Origin: Poseidonia sp.
GTDB lineage: Archaea > Thermoplasmatota > Poseidoniia > Poseidoniales > Poseidoniaceae
Length of the DNA: 50,291 nt
NCBI GenBank assembly: GCA_965661285.1
Contig: CBFIDD010000005.1
Span: 139,191-189,481 of the forward strand
Reading direction: 5' to 3'
Shown: positions 19,859-28,019 of the stretch, piece by piece
Numbering within the stretch: the first letter of the stretch is position 1
Layout of the letters: each line of letters opens with the position of its first letter
Translations under genes and position numbers: made by a program
Notes under the pieces: generated by a model
What the model was told of the DNA's origin: nothing
The model's input: only the letters and a program-made list of their open reading frames with translations
The model's database searches: none

Positions 19859-19942
19859 TGCGGGGGGCAGGATTCGAACCTGCGAACCGATAAGGACTGC
19901 GACCTGAACGCAGCGCCGTTGACCAAGCTGGGCGACCCCCGC
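19859..19942 (-). tRNA. tRNA-Leu (anticodon CAG)
   Basis: Reverse complement GCGGGGGTCGCCCAGCTTGGTCAACGGCG-CTGCG TTCAGGT CGCAG-...GCAGGTTCGAATCCTGCCCCCCGCA. 84 nt, long variable arm, no encoded CCA. Confidence 0.96.
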
Positions 19943-19993
19943 GGGTAAACCGCCGTCCGGCTTCCTCTTTATCAAACACCGCGAACGTGAACC

Positions 19994-20329
19994 TCAGACA
20001 TCCAGCGTGCTGTCGCTAAATACCCGCAACACGATGACGCCAACGACGATGAGGGCGATGCCCACCACGCCGGCAGTGTCCAATTTCTGATTCATCAAAA
20101 ACACCGAGATCAGCGTGATCGCAGCGACACCAACCCCCGACCAAACGGCGTAAGCGATGCCCAGCGACATGTCTTCCAAGGCGAGGGAGAGAAAGTAGAG
20201 CGCGGCAAAATAACCAACGATGACGATCATGGAAGGGACAAGTTTTGTGAAGCCTTCACTTGGCTTCAGCGATGCCGTAGCGATGACCTCTGAGGCGATG
20301 GCGAGCCCGAGTAACCCCCATACCTTCAT
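19994..20329 (-). CDS. SMR-family small multidrug efflux transporter (EmrE/Qac-like)
   Basis: 111 aa, 4 TM; AIASEVIATASLKPSEGFT with the conserved Glu; AYAVWSGVG. Confidence 0.92.
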   Translation of the reverse strand: MKVWGLLGLAIASEVIATASLKPSEGFTKLVPSMIVIVGYFAALYFLSLALEDMSLGIAYAVWSGVGVAAITLISVFLMNQKLDTAGVVGIALIVVGVIVLRVFSDSTLDV

Positions 20330-20428
20330 AAGAAATCTTCACGGATTTTTGTATTTGAAATGTTAGTATGTATTCTCTACGATTGAGGACGATTGGGGGT
20401 AGGTTGAGCGACGTTCAGCGTCCTTTCG

Positions 20429-21772
20429 CTAGAGCACGATTCTGAGCATCGAAAGCGCATGATATGCAAAACAAATCAGCGTGAAATACGATACAACGAG
20501 GATGCTTGTGGAGGTGCATTCTCCGGGTGATGAGAAATCATTGTTCCTGTTTCTTACGATGATGGCTGCCCAGTAAATCCAAAACACCCACATCACCGAT
20601 GCAAAGGCCATTTGGACAGGACCTATGGTGTTGAAGATTGAGGTGTTCCTCCACATTCTGTGGATGAAGATGAGGAAGAAGCCAAGACCACCCAAGCTGG
20701 CCAATCGTTTTGGATGCGGAAGGGCCCAGGGAAGAAGCAGAGAAAAAATCATCAAATGATATCCATAATGGATCTTTGAATAGAAAATGAAGATCCAAAG
20801 AATACAGAGAGTAAATGCAGGGATCATCTCAATTTTCTTCATGAGCGCAGCCACCCATGTCAGGGCAATGAATGAAACAAAAACAACGTGAAGGTAGGTG
20901 CTTGGGATGTACACGACATACTCCCCTAAAAATCTCCAAAAGGACATGCCTCGTTGGTCGATGTTTGACACCGTTTCAGATAACTGCGTTCCCGATGCGG
21001 GTTGTTTCCCGGTGAGATAAAAATTGAGAAATTGCAGAAATTCATCGGTCGCGTAGACCAAAAACGGGAGCGTTACAAGAACACCGATTCCCAAACCGAT
21101 CGTGGCGACTGCAATCCGCCCTTTCCAGGTGGTCGGGCCAAGAACAGCCAGCGGAGCACAAAGCGCAGGGAACACTTTGGTCATGGCACCAAAACCGAAC
21201 ACAGCCGATGCTTTGTACCAACTTTTTCTCATCATGAAAAGGAATGCCAGAAGAAGAAAACTGACGATGATGGCATCATCTTGCATCATGTTGACGGTCG
21301 TGTAGTGAGAATACGGTGAGACAATGAAAAATATCGACCCCGCCAAGGCAAACTTTTTTTCGTAAATAGAGAGTAGGATGTGGTACAAAATAACGGACGA
21401 CGTGAAGATAAAAAACGCAAACCAGAGCGTCCATATGAGCGGTGTGTTTCCCAAAAGAACGGCTGGAATGAACAGATAGTTGATCAGGGGAGGGGTAAGG
21501 GTCACATGATCGGTATCACGGTAAATCATGTCGCCATCGAGGATGGTTTCCGCTCGGTCCTGAAAGATGGCCAAATCTTTGTGTTCGTACCGACTACCGT
21601 CTCCATGAAGTTCGTAGGAAAGGATCAAGGGAGCTGCTATGGCAAAGGTCAACACAAAAAACAACGCGTAGATTTTTTGTTTTGATAGGACTTCCAGCTC
21701 CTCAAACCATCGGATGAATCTTGTGTTGGTTAAGTGAACAAAGCCACGCAACCTCCCCACCGAATCTGCCAT
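20429..21772 (-). CDS. Polytopic GT-C-type glycosyltransferase (GT87/DUF2029-like)
   Basis: Many TM segments; DL-IF...G--IYRD...PPL; QDDAI; GAMTKVFP. Confidence 0.7.
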   Translation of the reverse strand: MADSVGRLRGFVHLTNTRFIRWFEELEVLSKQKIYALFFVLTFAIAAPLILSYELHGDGSRYEHKDLAIFQDRAETILDGDMIYRDTDHVTLTPPLINYLFIPAVLLGNTPLIWTLWFAFFIFTSSVILYHILLSIYEKKFALAGSIFFIVSPYSHYTTVNMMQDDAIIVSFLLLAFLFMMRKSWYKASAVFGFGAMTKVFPALCAPLAVLGPTTWKGRIAVATIGLGIGVLVTLPFLVYATDEFLQFLNFYLTGKQPASGTQLSETVSNIDQRGMSFWRFLGEYVVYIPSTYLHVVFVSFIALTWVAALMKKIEMIPAFTLCILWIFIFYSKIHYGYHLMIFSLLLPWALPHPKRLASLGGLGFFLIFIHRMWRNTSIFNTIGPVQMAFASVMWVFWIYWAAIIVRNRNNDFSSPGECTSTSILVVSYFTLICFAYHALSMLRIVL

Positions 21773-21858
21773 GGCAAGGACTCAACGCTTCCCCTTAAGA
21801 GACGCGATATATAGGTTCGGTATTGAACATCTATTTTCCAATACCTCGAAAATTCCAC

Positions 21859-22797
21859 ATGGCAGAGGAATCGTTGCAACTCTCAATCATCGTTCCCGTC
21901 CTTGATGAGGAGGAGAATTTGGTACCGCTTGTTGAAGAAATAAAATCTGCTTTGGGAAAAACCGCCTATGAAGTCATCTTCATTGATGATGGTTCGACCG
22001 ATAATTCGCTTGAAATCATGATGGGTCTGAAGGAATCAGAAGGAAACGTTCGCGTCATCAAACACCGTCGGAATTTTGGCAAAGCCGTGGCCCTGAAAAC
22101 AGGTTTTGCGGCAGCAAACGGCGAAATATCCATCACCATGGATGGAGATTTGCAGGATGACCCAGCAGAAATTCCACGATTTATTGAGGAGATTGAGAAC
22201 GGGCACGACATCGTTTGTGGTTGGAGGGAAAAACGTCGCGATGACATCTTCAAACGGTGGCCATCCAAAATTTACAACCGCCTCGTACGTATGATGTGCG
22301 GGATTAAGATTCATGACATGAATTGCGGATTCAAGGCCTATGACACAGATTTGGCAACATCACTCAATCTCTATGGCGACATGCATCGATACACTCCCGT
22401 TCTCGGGAAAATGAACGGAGCGAGGATCACTGAAATCGCCATCAACCACCGACCTCGACTTCATGGAAAATCAAAATACGGGTCGAAGCGGCTTTTGCGT
22501 GGTTTTTTTGATTTGATCACCGTATCGTTCCTCATGGCGTTCCTCGAGCGACCAATGCACTTGTTTGGGAAAGTGGGAGGATTCCTATCGTCGGCCGGAC
22601 TTGCGATCTGCAGTTATCTTGTTGTCCTTAAGTATGCATACGACGAGGGCATTGGGGACCGGCCGTTGCTCTCGCTTGGCGTTTTACTGATCATCATCGG
22701 TGTCCAATTTTTCCTTCTCGGGTTGCTGGGAGAAACCATCACCTATCGTTCCAGCGAGAACAATCCGAACACGTCTTCGAGCAGCAGTGAACTTTGA
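21859..22797 (+). CDS. GT2 polyprenyl-phosphate glycosyltransferase (ArnC/DPM1-like)
   Basis: SIIVPVLDEEEN, IDDGSTD, RNFGKA, MDGDLQDDP, HDMNCGFK, two C-terminal TM helices. Confidence 0.92.
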   Translation: MAEESLQLSIIVPVLDEEENLVPLVEEIKSALGKTAYEVIFIDDGSTDNSLEIMMGLKESEGNVRVIKHRRNFGKAVALKTGFAAANGEISITMDGDLQDDPAEIPRFIEEIENGHDIVCGWREKRRDDIFKRWPSKIYNRLVRMMCGIKIHDMNCGFKAYDTDLATSLNLYGDMHRYTPVLGKMNGARITEIAINHRPRLHGKSKYGSKRLLRGFFDLITVSFLMAFLERPMHLFGKVGGFLSSAGLAICSYLVVLKYAYDEGIGDRPLLSLGVLLIIIGVQFFLLGLLGETITYRSSENNPNTSSSSSEL

Positions 22798-23730
22798 TCA
22801 CGCTTCTTCGAGTTCTTCTGGCGACATCATCGTCAAACCAAAAGCGAAGACAACAACTTCGACAACGACGTTCAATGTTCTTGAGAGAACAGCAACAAGC
22901 CCAGCTACCCCCCCACTCAAGAACAAGGACAGATTGAACGTGAACACCCCTTCTCGTGCTCCGAGACCAGCAGGCAAAAAGAACGCGAAGAAGCCAACCA
23001 ACCAAGCGATGGAGAAGGAGCCAATAAGCAACGTAAGGGAAGCGTCTTCACCGAGTCCCAAGAGAATGAATTTGTGTGCGAAGCCCCATAGAATCCATGA
23101 CAGCATCATCAGAACGAGGGCGATGCCGTAGGATGTCCTTGTCATGGAGGTTTCTTGGCTCCACTCGCCTCGCCCCAGCATTGAAAACGGTTTTCGGACA
23201 ATGACTTGCGTCAATGTCGGACTGATGATTGGGAAGAGACTGGCGAGGCCAATGGCGACCAATATCCACTTCGTTGAGGTTGGAATTCCTTCCAAATCCA
23301 GCAGGAGTAATGCTGCGATCACAGCAGATGAAACGCTGATGATGAGTTCCCAAACAAACGATTCGAGGACCACCTTGCTTCCATATTTGCGGGCAACATA
23401 GGCTCTTCCAGCAATAAGACTCACTTTCCCGGGCACATATTTTGCAATATTGGTTGTCCACCATATGCCGAAACAGAGCCGATAGGGAACGTCAGCCCCA
23501 CTCCCCAACATCAAAAATTTCCAAATAATTGGGCTCAGAACCAACACGCCAGCGATGCAGGCAACGGACAGGAAAATGATGGGCTCTGCCTCAAAAAGCG
23601 TGCCCATGACATCGATATCACTCGAATCAATTTGTTGATAGATAAACCAAAACGAAAGGATGACAACCACAACGGTGAGGAGTCTTCCAAGCACCTGCGT
23701 GAGAGGGGTGGAGCCGGTGTTCTCGTTCAT
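22798..23730 (-). CDS. Lysylphosphatidylglycerol-synthase TM region / flippase-like protein (UPF0104)
   Basis: AKYVPGKV and PAGLGAREG motifs; multiple TM helices. Confidence 0.85.
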   Translation of the reverse strand: MNENTGSTPLTQVLGRLLTVVVVILSFWFIYQQIDSSDIDVMGTLFEAEPIIFLSVACIAGVLVLSPIIWKFLMLGSGADVPYRLCFGIWWTTNIAKYVPGKVSLIAGRAYVARKYGSKVVLESFVWELIISVSSAVIAALLLLDLEGIPTSTKWILVAIGLASLFPIISPTLTQVIVRKPFSMLGRGEWSQETSMTRTSYGIALVLMMLSWILWGFAHKFILLGLGEDASLTLLIGSFSIAWLVGFFAFFLPAGLGAREGVFTFNLSLFLSGGVAGLVAVLSRTLNVVVEVVVFAFGLTMMSPEELEEA

Positions 23731-24944
23731 GAACGAACACCGTACCATCGTTTCATCGCTGTCGTCAAGGACTCCGTTGAGTATTTCTGATCAATTTCTG
23801 AACGAGCGTTTTGCACCAATTCAGTTTGGAGTTGTTCATTTCCAAGAAGCTCAACCATCGCCTTGTGCAATGCGTTGGCATCATCTTCTGGGACAAGAAG
23901 GCCGGTTTTTTGATGCGTGATGGTCTCTTTGATGCCACCGCAATCGGTACCAATCACCGGGACGCCCGCTATCATCGCCTCGAGGACAACAAGTCCTAAC
24001 CCCTCTTTCTCACCGAGCGGCGTTGTTCTTGAAGGGAGAACAAAGAGTTCTGCACGATTGTAGAACGCCTTGAGGTCTTCCCGAGGTTTGGAACCGTGAA
24101 ACTCCAGACGATGGTCCACTCCATTTTTCTCCGATAAGGTTCGCAATCCATTGAGTTCTGGGCCGTCCCCAACGATGTCAAGTTTCCATTGTTCGAAGCG
24201 TTCATCCTCAACCAACTTGCTGAATGCGTTGATCAACACATCAACCCCCTTCACTTCCATCAACCGACCAACGAAGAGGATGCGCTTTGTTCCTTTTGGG
24301 GCTGCCGTGGGTTCTTGACGGAAATCCTCGAGCCCGAAGACCATCGGTAACACAAGTTCCTGGCCGTTTGAACGGCCGTAATTCTTGTGAAGAATGGTTT
24401 GGAGTGCCTCTGAAACAACGTGGACATTGATGGCTGACTTTACGGCACCTCGTCCAAGCCATTTTGCGAGTTTCAATTTGTCGACAAGAAAAACATCGGT
24501 ACCATGCATCGAGAGATACAGATTCCTCCCTCTTCCAGCGGCCTTGTTGGTGATGTAGCCTCCAGGAATGAGCCAATGGGCGTGAACGATGTCTGGATTG
24601 AGCTCTCGAATGAGTTTTTTTGTCGCCTTTCTCCATCTCCGGAGAAAGGTAGCGAAGAGCAACGCTTTGGAGAGCGACCCTTTGACTTGCTTGTGCATAT
24701 CGCCTCGATAGGCCAGCGTTTCTCTGTGTTCTTTCGCATATCGGAATCGCCTGATTTCAACACCGTCCATTGTTTCGGCGAGGGGGAGTCCAGGAGCGTG
24801 TGGGCAGTGAACCACCACACGCGCAAATGTCGAACAAACCTTGGCCAACTCGTGCATAAACGGTGCCACGTGATCACCGATGAATCTGGGATAAACGTGC
24901 GTGTTGAACAGGATGATGGGCTTTACTTCAGCCTTTTCATCCAT
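23727..24944 (-). CDS. GT4 glycosyltransferase
   Basis: VHAHW, HGTD, LFVGRLMEVKG, EGLGLVVLEAMIAGVPVIGT. The start could alternatively be 24983. Confidence 0.92.
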   Translation of the reverse strand: MDEKAEVKPIILFNTHVYPRFIGDHVAPFMHELAKVCSTFARVVVHCPHAPGLPLAETMDGVEIRRFRYAKEHRETLAYRGDMHKQVKGSLSKALLFATFLRRWRKATKKLIRELNPDIVHAHWLIPGGYITNKAAGRGRNLYLSMHGTDVFLVDKLKLAKWLGRGAVKSAINVHVVSEALQTILHKNYGRSNGQELVLPMVFGLEDFRQEPTAAPKGTKRILFVGRLMEVKGVDVLINAFSKLVEDERFEQWKLDIVGDGPELNGLRTLSEKNGVDHRLEFHGSKPREDLKAFYNRAELFVLPSRTTPLGEKEGLGLVVLEAMIAGVPVIGTDCGGIKETITHQKTGLLVPEDDANALHKAMVELLGNEQLQTELVQNARSEIDQKYSTESLTTAMKRWYGVRS

Positions 24945-25025
24945 AGGCCGAGGCTTCGATTCATCATTTATTAGAGGTATCAATTGAGGTCATGTTTTTG
25001 GTGGGGTTTACGCCGTGGCAATCGT

Positions 25026-25131
25026 TTGGCAGCCGTGCAGTTCTCATCCTGCTGCTGCTTGATGATGCGGGGGCAGGATTCTCACTCACACGACCTTGCG
25101 GTCGTGCAGTCCGAATCCTTTTGATTCGTAA
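25026..25131 (-). repeat. Second set of tRNA-linked repeats containing a tRNA-Leu 3'-end copy
   Basis: tgcgggggcaggattc at 25066-25081. Segment 25026-25081 matches 19752-19808 apart from one substitution and one G indel. Confidence 0.9.
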
Positions 25132-25215
25132 TGCGGGGGGCAGGATTCGAACCTGCGAACCGATAAGGAATGGGACCTAAACCCACCGCCGTTGACCAAG
25201 CTGGGCGACCCCCGC
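25132..25215 (-). tRNA. tRNA-Leu (anticodon TAG)
   Basis: Same body as the tRNA at 19859, with anticodon arm GTGGG TTTAGGT CCCAT. Confidence 0.96.
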
Positions 25216-25265
25216 GCAAACCGTTGGCAGCCCCTGATGGATTTCAAACCGCCGATGCTGGAGGT

Positions 25266-25478
25266 TCAAGCCGTGACGGTAAACCCAGTCGCAGCGACCA
25301 TCTTCACGACCTCTTCGGTCGAAAGGGCATCGGTGGTGAGCACGGCGCCCTGTTCGGACTCAAAGGAAATCATGGTCTCAAGCACGTTTGGGTTGGCTTT
25401 GAGCACGCGGTTGATGCGTCCCGAGCAGCAGCCACAGGTCATGCCGCTGATGGTCAGGTAGTGCGTTCTCTGGCTCAT
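25266..25478 (-). CDS. copZ: Heavy-metal-associated (CopZ-like) chaperone
   Basis: 70 aa, LTISGMTCGCC...GF; directly downstream of copA. Confidence 0.85.
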   Translation of the reverse strand: MSQRTHYLTISGMTCGCCSGRINRVLKANPNVLETMISFESEQGAVLTTDALSTEEVVKMVAATGFTVTA

Positions 25479-25503
25479 GGTGGTTCGACCCATCCGTGCT
25501 CTA

Positions 25504-27786
25504 TCAAACATCCCCTGTTCGGAGCCTCGCCGATGGCTGCCATCCACGCAACAGCAGTGAGTTGCTGACCACACTGACCGACGAGAGGGACATCGCCGCA
25601 GCGGCGAAGGCGGGCGGGAGGAGCCACCCCGTCCACGGGAACAAGAGGCCCATGGCCAACGGCAGCCCGATGAGGTTGTAGACGAACGCCCAGCCAAGGT
25701 TGGTTCGAATCTTTGACATCGTCGCCCGACCGAGCTCAAGCGCAGCCACCGCATCGGCGAGGTCGTTTCGCACGAGCACGATGTCGGCGCTTTCCAGCGC
25801 AATTTCGCTGCCAGCGCCCATGGCGATGCCAACATTCGCCAGGGTGAGAGCGGCGGCATCGTTGATACCGTCGCCGATCATCGCCACGACGCCGTTTTCT
25901 TGCAGCCGCTGGATATGTTCGGCTTTTTCGTCGGGTTTGACGCCCGCCACGACCGTGTTGATGCCCACCGTATCCGCGACCGTCCTCGCCACCTCTTCTC
26001 GGTCGCCCGTCAACATGACGACGTCGATACCGACCTGTTTGAGCCGCTTGACGGCGGCTTCGGATGTTTCTCGGATGCGGTCGCTGAACTCCAGCCAACC
26101 GAGCAGACGCTGCCCTTTGGCGACGAGGACAACCGTGGTGCCACGGCGGGCACGCACGGCCACCTGTTCTTCGAGGTCGTCGGAAAGGTTGGTGAGCAGT
26201 TCGTGCATTAACTCAAGATTGCCAACGGCCACCGCTTCGCCGTCCAGTTTGCCCACAAGACCGAGGCCGGGGAAGGTGCGAACATCCGATACGTCGGGAC
26301 GAGCATAACCGGTGTTCTCCCACGCCGTGTGCACCGCATCTGCAAGGGGATGGGTTGATTCGACCTCAAGTGCGGAAGCCAGGCAAAGCATCTCTTCCAC
26401 GTCGCTGTCGAGCAGTTCGATGTGGCTGACTCGAGGAGCACCGGCGGTGATGGTCCCCGTCTTGTCCAACACCACCGTTGAGGTGGCGTGGGCCTGTTCA
26501 AGCGCTTCGATGCCTTTGATGAGCAGCCCATAGCGAGCGCCACGACCGGTACCCACCACCAGCGCGGTGGGCGTCGCAAGACCGAGGGCGCAAGGGCAGG
26601 CGATGACCAGCGTACTTACGAGCACCATGACGGCCATCTCGCTTGGACCCATGCTGCTGTTTGGCGCCAAGGTCTCGGCCATGGCCCACCATACGCCGGC
26701 GGCGAGCAGGGCGGCGATGACGACCACCGGGACAAAGACGCTGGCCACACGGTCGACGAGTCGCTGGATGGGGGCTTTGCCGGTCTGGGCTTCGTCAACC
26801 AAACGAATCACATTGGCCAGAAGCGTGTCGTCGACGAGTGAAGTGGTGCGAACGAGCACGGTGCTGTCCAACACCACGGTTCCCGCGGCGACGGCATCGC
26901 CCTCGTTTTTGCGAACGGGAAAGGACTCGCCCGTCATCATGGATTCGTCGAACAAACCCGTGGACGCCTCCACTTCACCGTCGAGTGGAACGGTTTCTCC
27001 AGCCCTGACTTTGAGCAGGGTTCCTCTTGGAATGTTTTCCACGGGCGTGGCGACCGTTCCCTCATCATCAACCACCCAGGCTTCCTTCGGCTGAAGTCGC
27101 ATCAAACCGTGAACGGCATCGGTCGCCTTGAGTTTGGCGTTGGCTTCCAGCAGGTTGCCCAGAAGCACGAAGGCGATGATGAAGGCGGCGCCATCAAAGA
27201 AAACGTGCTCGGCCTGGCCGACAAAGGCCGGGAGAAAACCGAGCACGGGAGCGAGGGTGACCGAACACGACCATACCATGGCGACCGTGGTGCCGACGTG
27301 AACCAGGACGTCCATGTTGGCCGTACCACGGCGCAACGCTCCCCAGGCTTGGCGGTGAAACGTTGCTCCGGAGTAGAGGTAGACGGGGAGGGCCGCCAGC
27401 ATGGCAAGGGTGAGGCGCAAGTCGAGAGGACCAAGCGTACCGAGGTCATCGAGCACCATGGAGAGGAGAAAGACGGGGAGGGCCAAAGTGAAGGCCAAAG
27501 CGACCTGGAGGCGCTGCTGTGCGACGTTTTCTTCGTTGATGTTCCGCGTTTCAAGCGCAGGTATGAGTTCGCTTGCACCGAATCCGGCACCCTCGATGGC
27601 TGCCCTGCACGCGTCTCGTTGTGCCACTGAAACCGGTTGTTGGAGTTGAACCATCGCTTTCTCAAGCGGGAGGTTGACGCTTGCGCTCACCACGCCTTCC
27701 ACACCATTGAGCACCCGCTCCACCGAAGCCACACAGGCTGCGCACGTCATGCCGGTGACGCTCAGGTAGAGTTGGTGGTCGTCCAT
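25504..27786 (-). CDS. copA: Cu(I)-translocating P1B-type ATPase
   Basis: GMTCAAC HMA domain, TGES, CPCALGLATP, DKTGT, HP, GDGINDA, YN, MSLSSVSV. Confidence 0.96.
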   Translation of the reverse strand: MDDHQLYLSVTGMTCAACVASVERVLNGVEGVVSASVNLPLEKAMVQLQQPVSVAQRDACRAAIEGAGFGASELIPALETRNINEENVAQQRLQVALAFTLALPVFLLSMVLDDLGTLGPLDLRLTLAMLAALPVYLYSGATFHRQAWGALRRGTANMDVLVHVGTTVAMVWSCSVTLAPVLGFLPAFVGQAEHVFFDGAAFIIAFVLLGNLLEANAKLKATDAVHGLMRLQPKEAWVVDDEGTVATPVENIPRGTLLKVRAGETVPLDGEVEASTGLFDESMMTGESFPVRKNEGDAVAAGTVVLDSTVLVRTTSLVDDTLLANVIRLVDEAQTGKAPIQRLVDRVASVFVPVVVIAALLAAGVWWAMAETLAPNSSMGPSEMAVMVLVSTLVIACPCALGLATPTALVVGTGRGARYGLLIKGIEALEQAHATSTVVLDKTGTITAGAPRVSHIELLDSDVEEMLCLASALEVESTHPLADAVHTAWENTGYARPDVSDVRTFPGLGLVGKLDGEAVAVGNLELMHELLTNLSDDLEEQVAVRARRGTTVVLVAKGQRLLGWLEFSDRIRETSEAAVKRLKQVGIDVVMLTGDREEVARTVADTVGINTVVAGVKPDEKAEHIQRLQENGVVAMIGDGINDAAALTLANVGIAMGAGSEIALESADIVLVRNDLADAVAALELGRATMSKIRTNLGWAFVYNLIGLPLAMGLLFPWTGWLLPPAFAAAAMSLSSVSVVSNSLLLRGWQPSARLRTGDV

Positions 27787-27798
27787 GTCGCACTCGCC

Positions 27799-27969
27799 TC
27801 AGTTTGAGCAGCATTCCCCTTCTTGCCACGGCTCGTCCATGGTGACGCAACCGCATCCGCAGGTGCACAACCAGCCCACGCTGGCCCATCCTTTTCCACC
27901 TTCTGCACGGGTGTAGAGGCGTTTCATCTTGCAACCGCAGGTGCACCGCTCAGCGACGACTCGGGCCAT
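27799..27969 (-). CDS. Cys-rich 56-aa microprotein (metallothionein-like or zinc-finger-like), not in the ORF track
   Basis: Manual translation MARVVAERCTCGCKMKRLYTRAEGGKGWASVGWLCTCGCGCVTMDEPWQEGECCSN*. TATA box about 25 bp upstream; stop 12 bp before the copA start. Confidence 0.8.
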   Translation of the reverse strand: MARVVAERCTCGCKMKRLYTRAEGGKGWASVGWLCTCGCGCVTMDEPWQEGECCSN

Positions 27970-27982
27970 GATTGTCCGAATT

Positions 27983-28017
27983 TTGTAGTCAATATAAAGG
28001 CGTCGTTTTGACTACAA
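27983..28017 (-). promoter_or_regulatory. cop operon promoter: TATA box flanked by a perfect 10-bp inverted repeat (candidate operator)
   Basis: TTGTAGTCAA (27983-27992), N15, TTGACTACAA (28008-28017). The spacer holds TTTATA on the minus strand (27993-27998). Confidence 0.7.
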
Positions 28018-28019
28018 TA

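Noticed and set aside
19943-25025. Provirus or autonomous integrative element at tRNA-Leu
   Set aside because: No integrase, transposase or viral gene is present, and both flanking tRNAs are complete with different anticodons.
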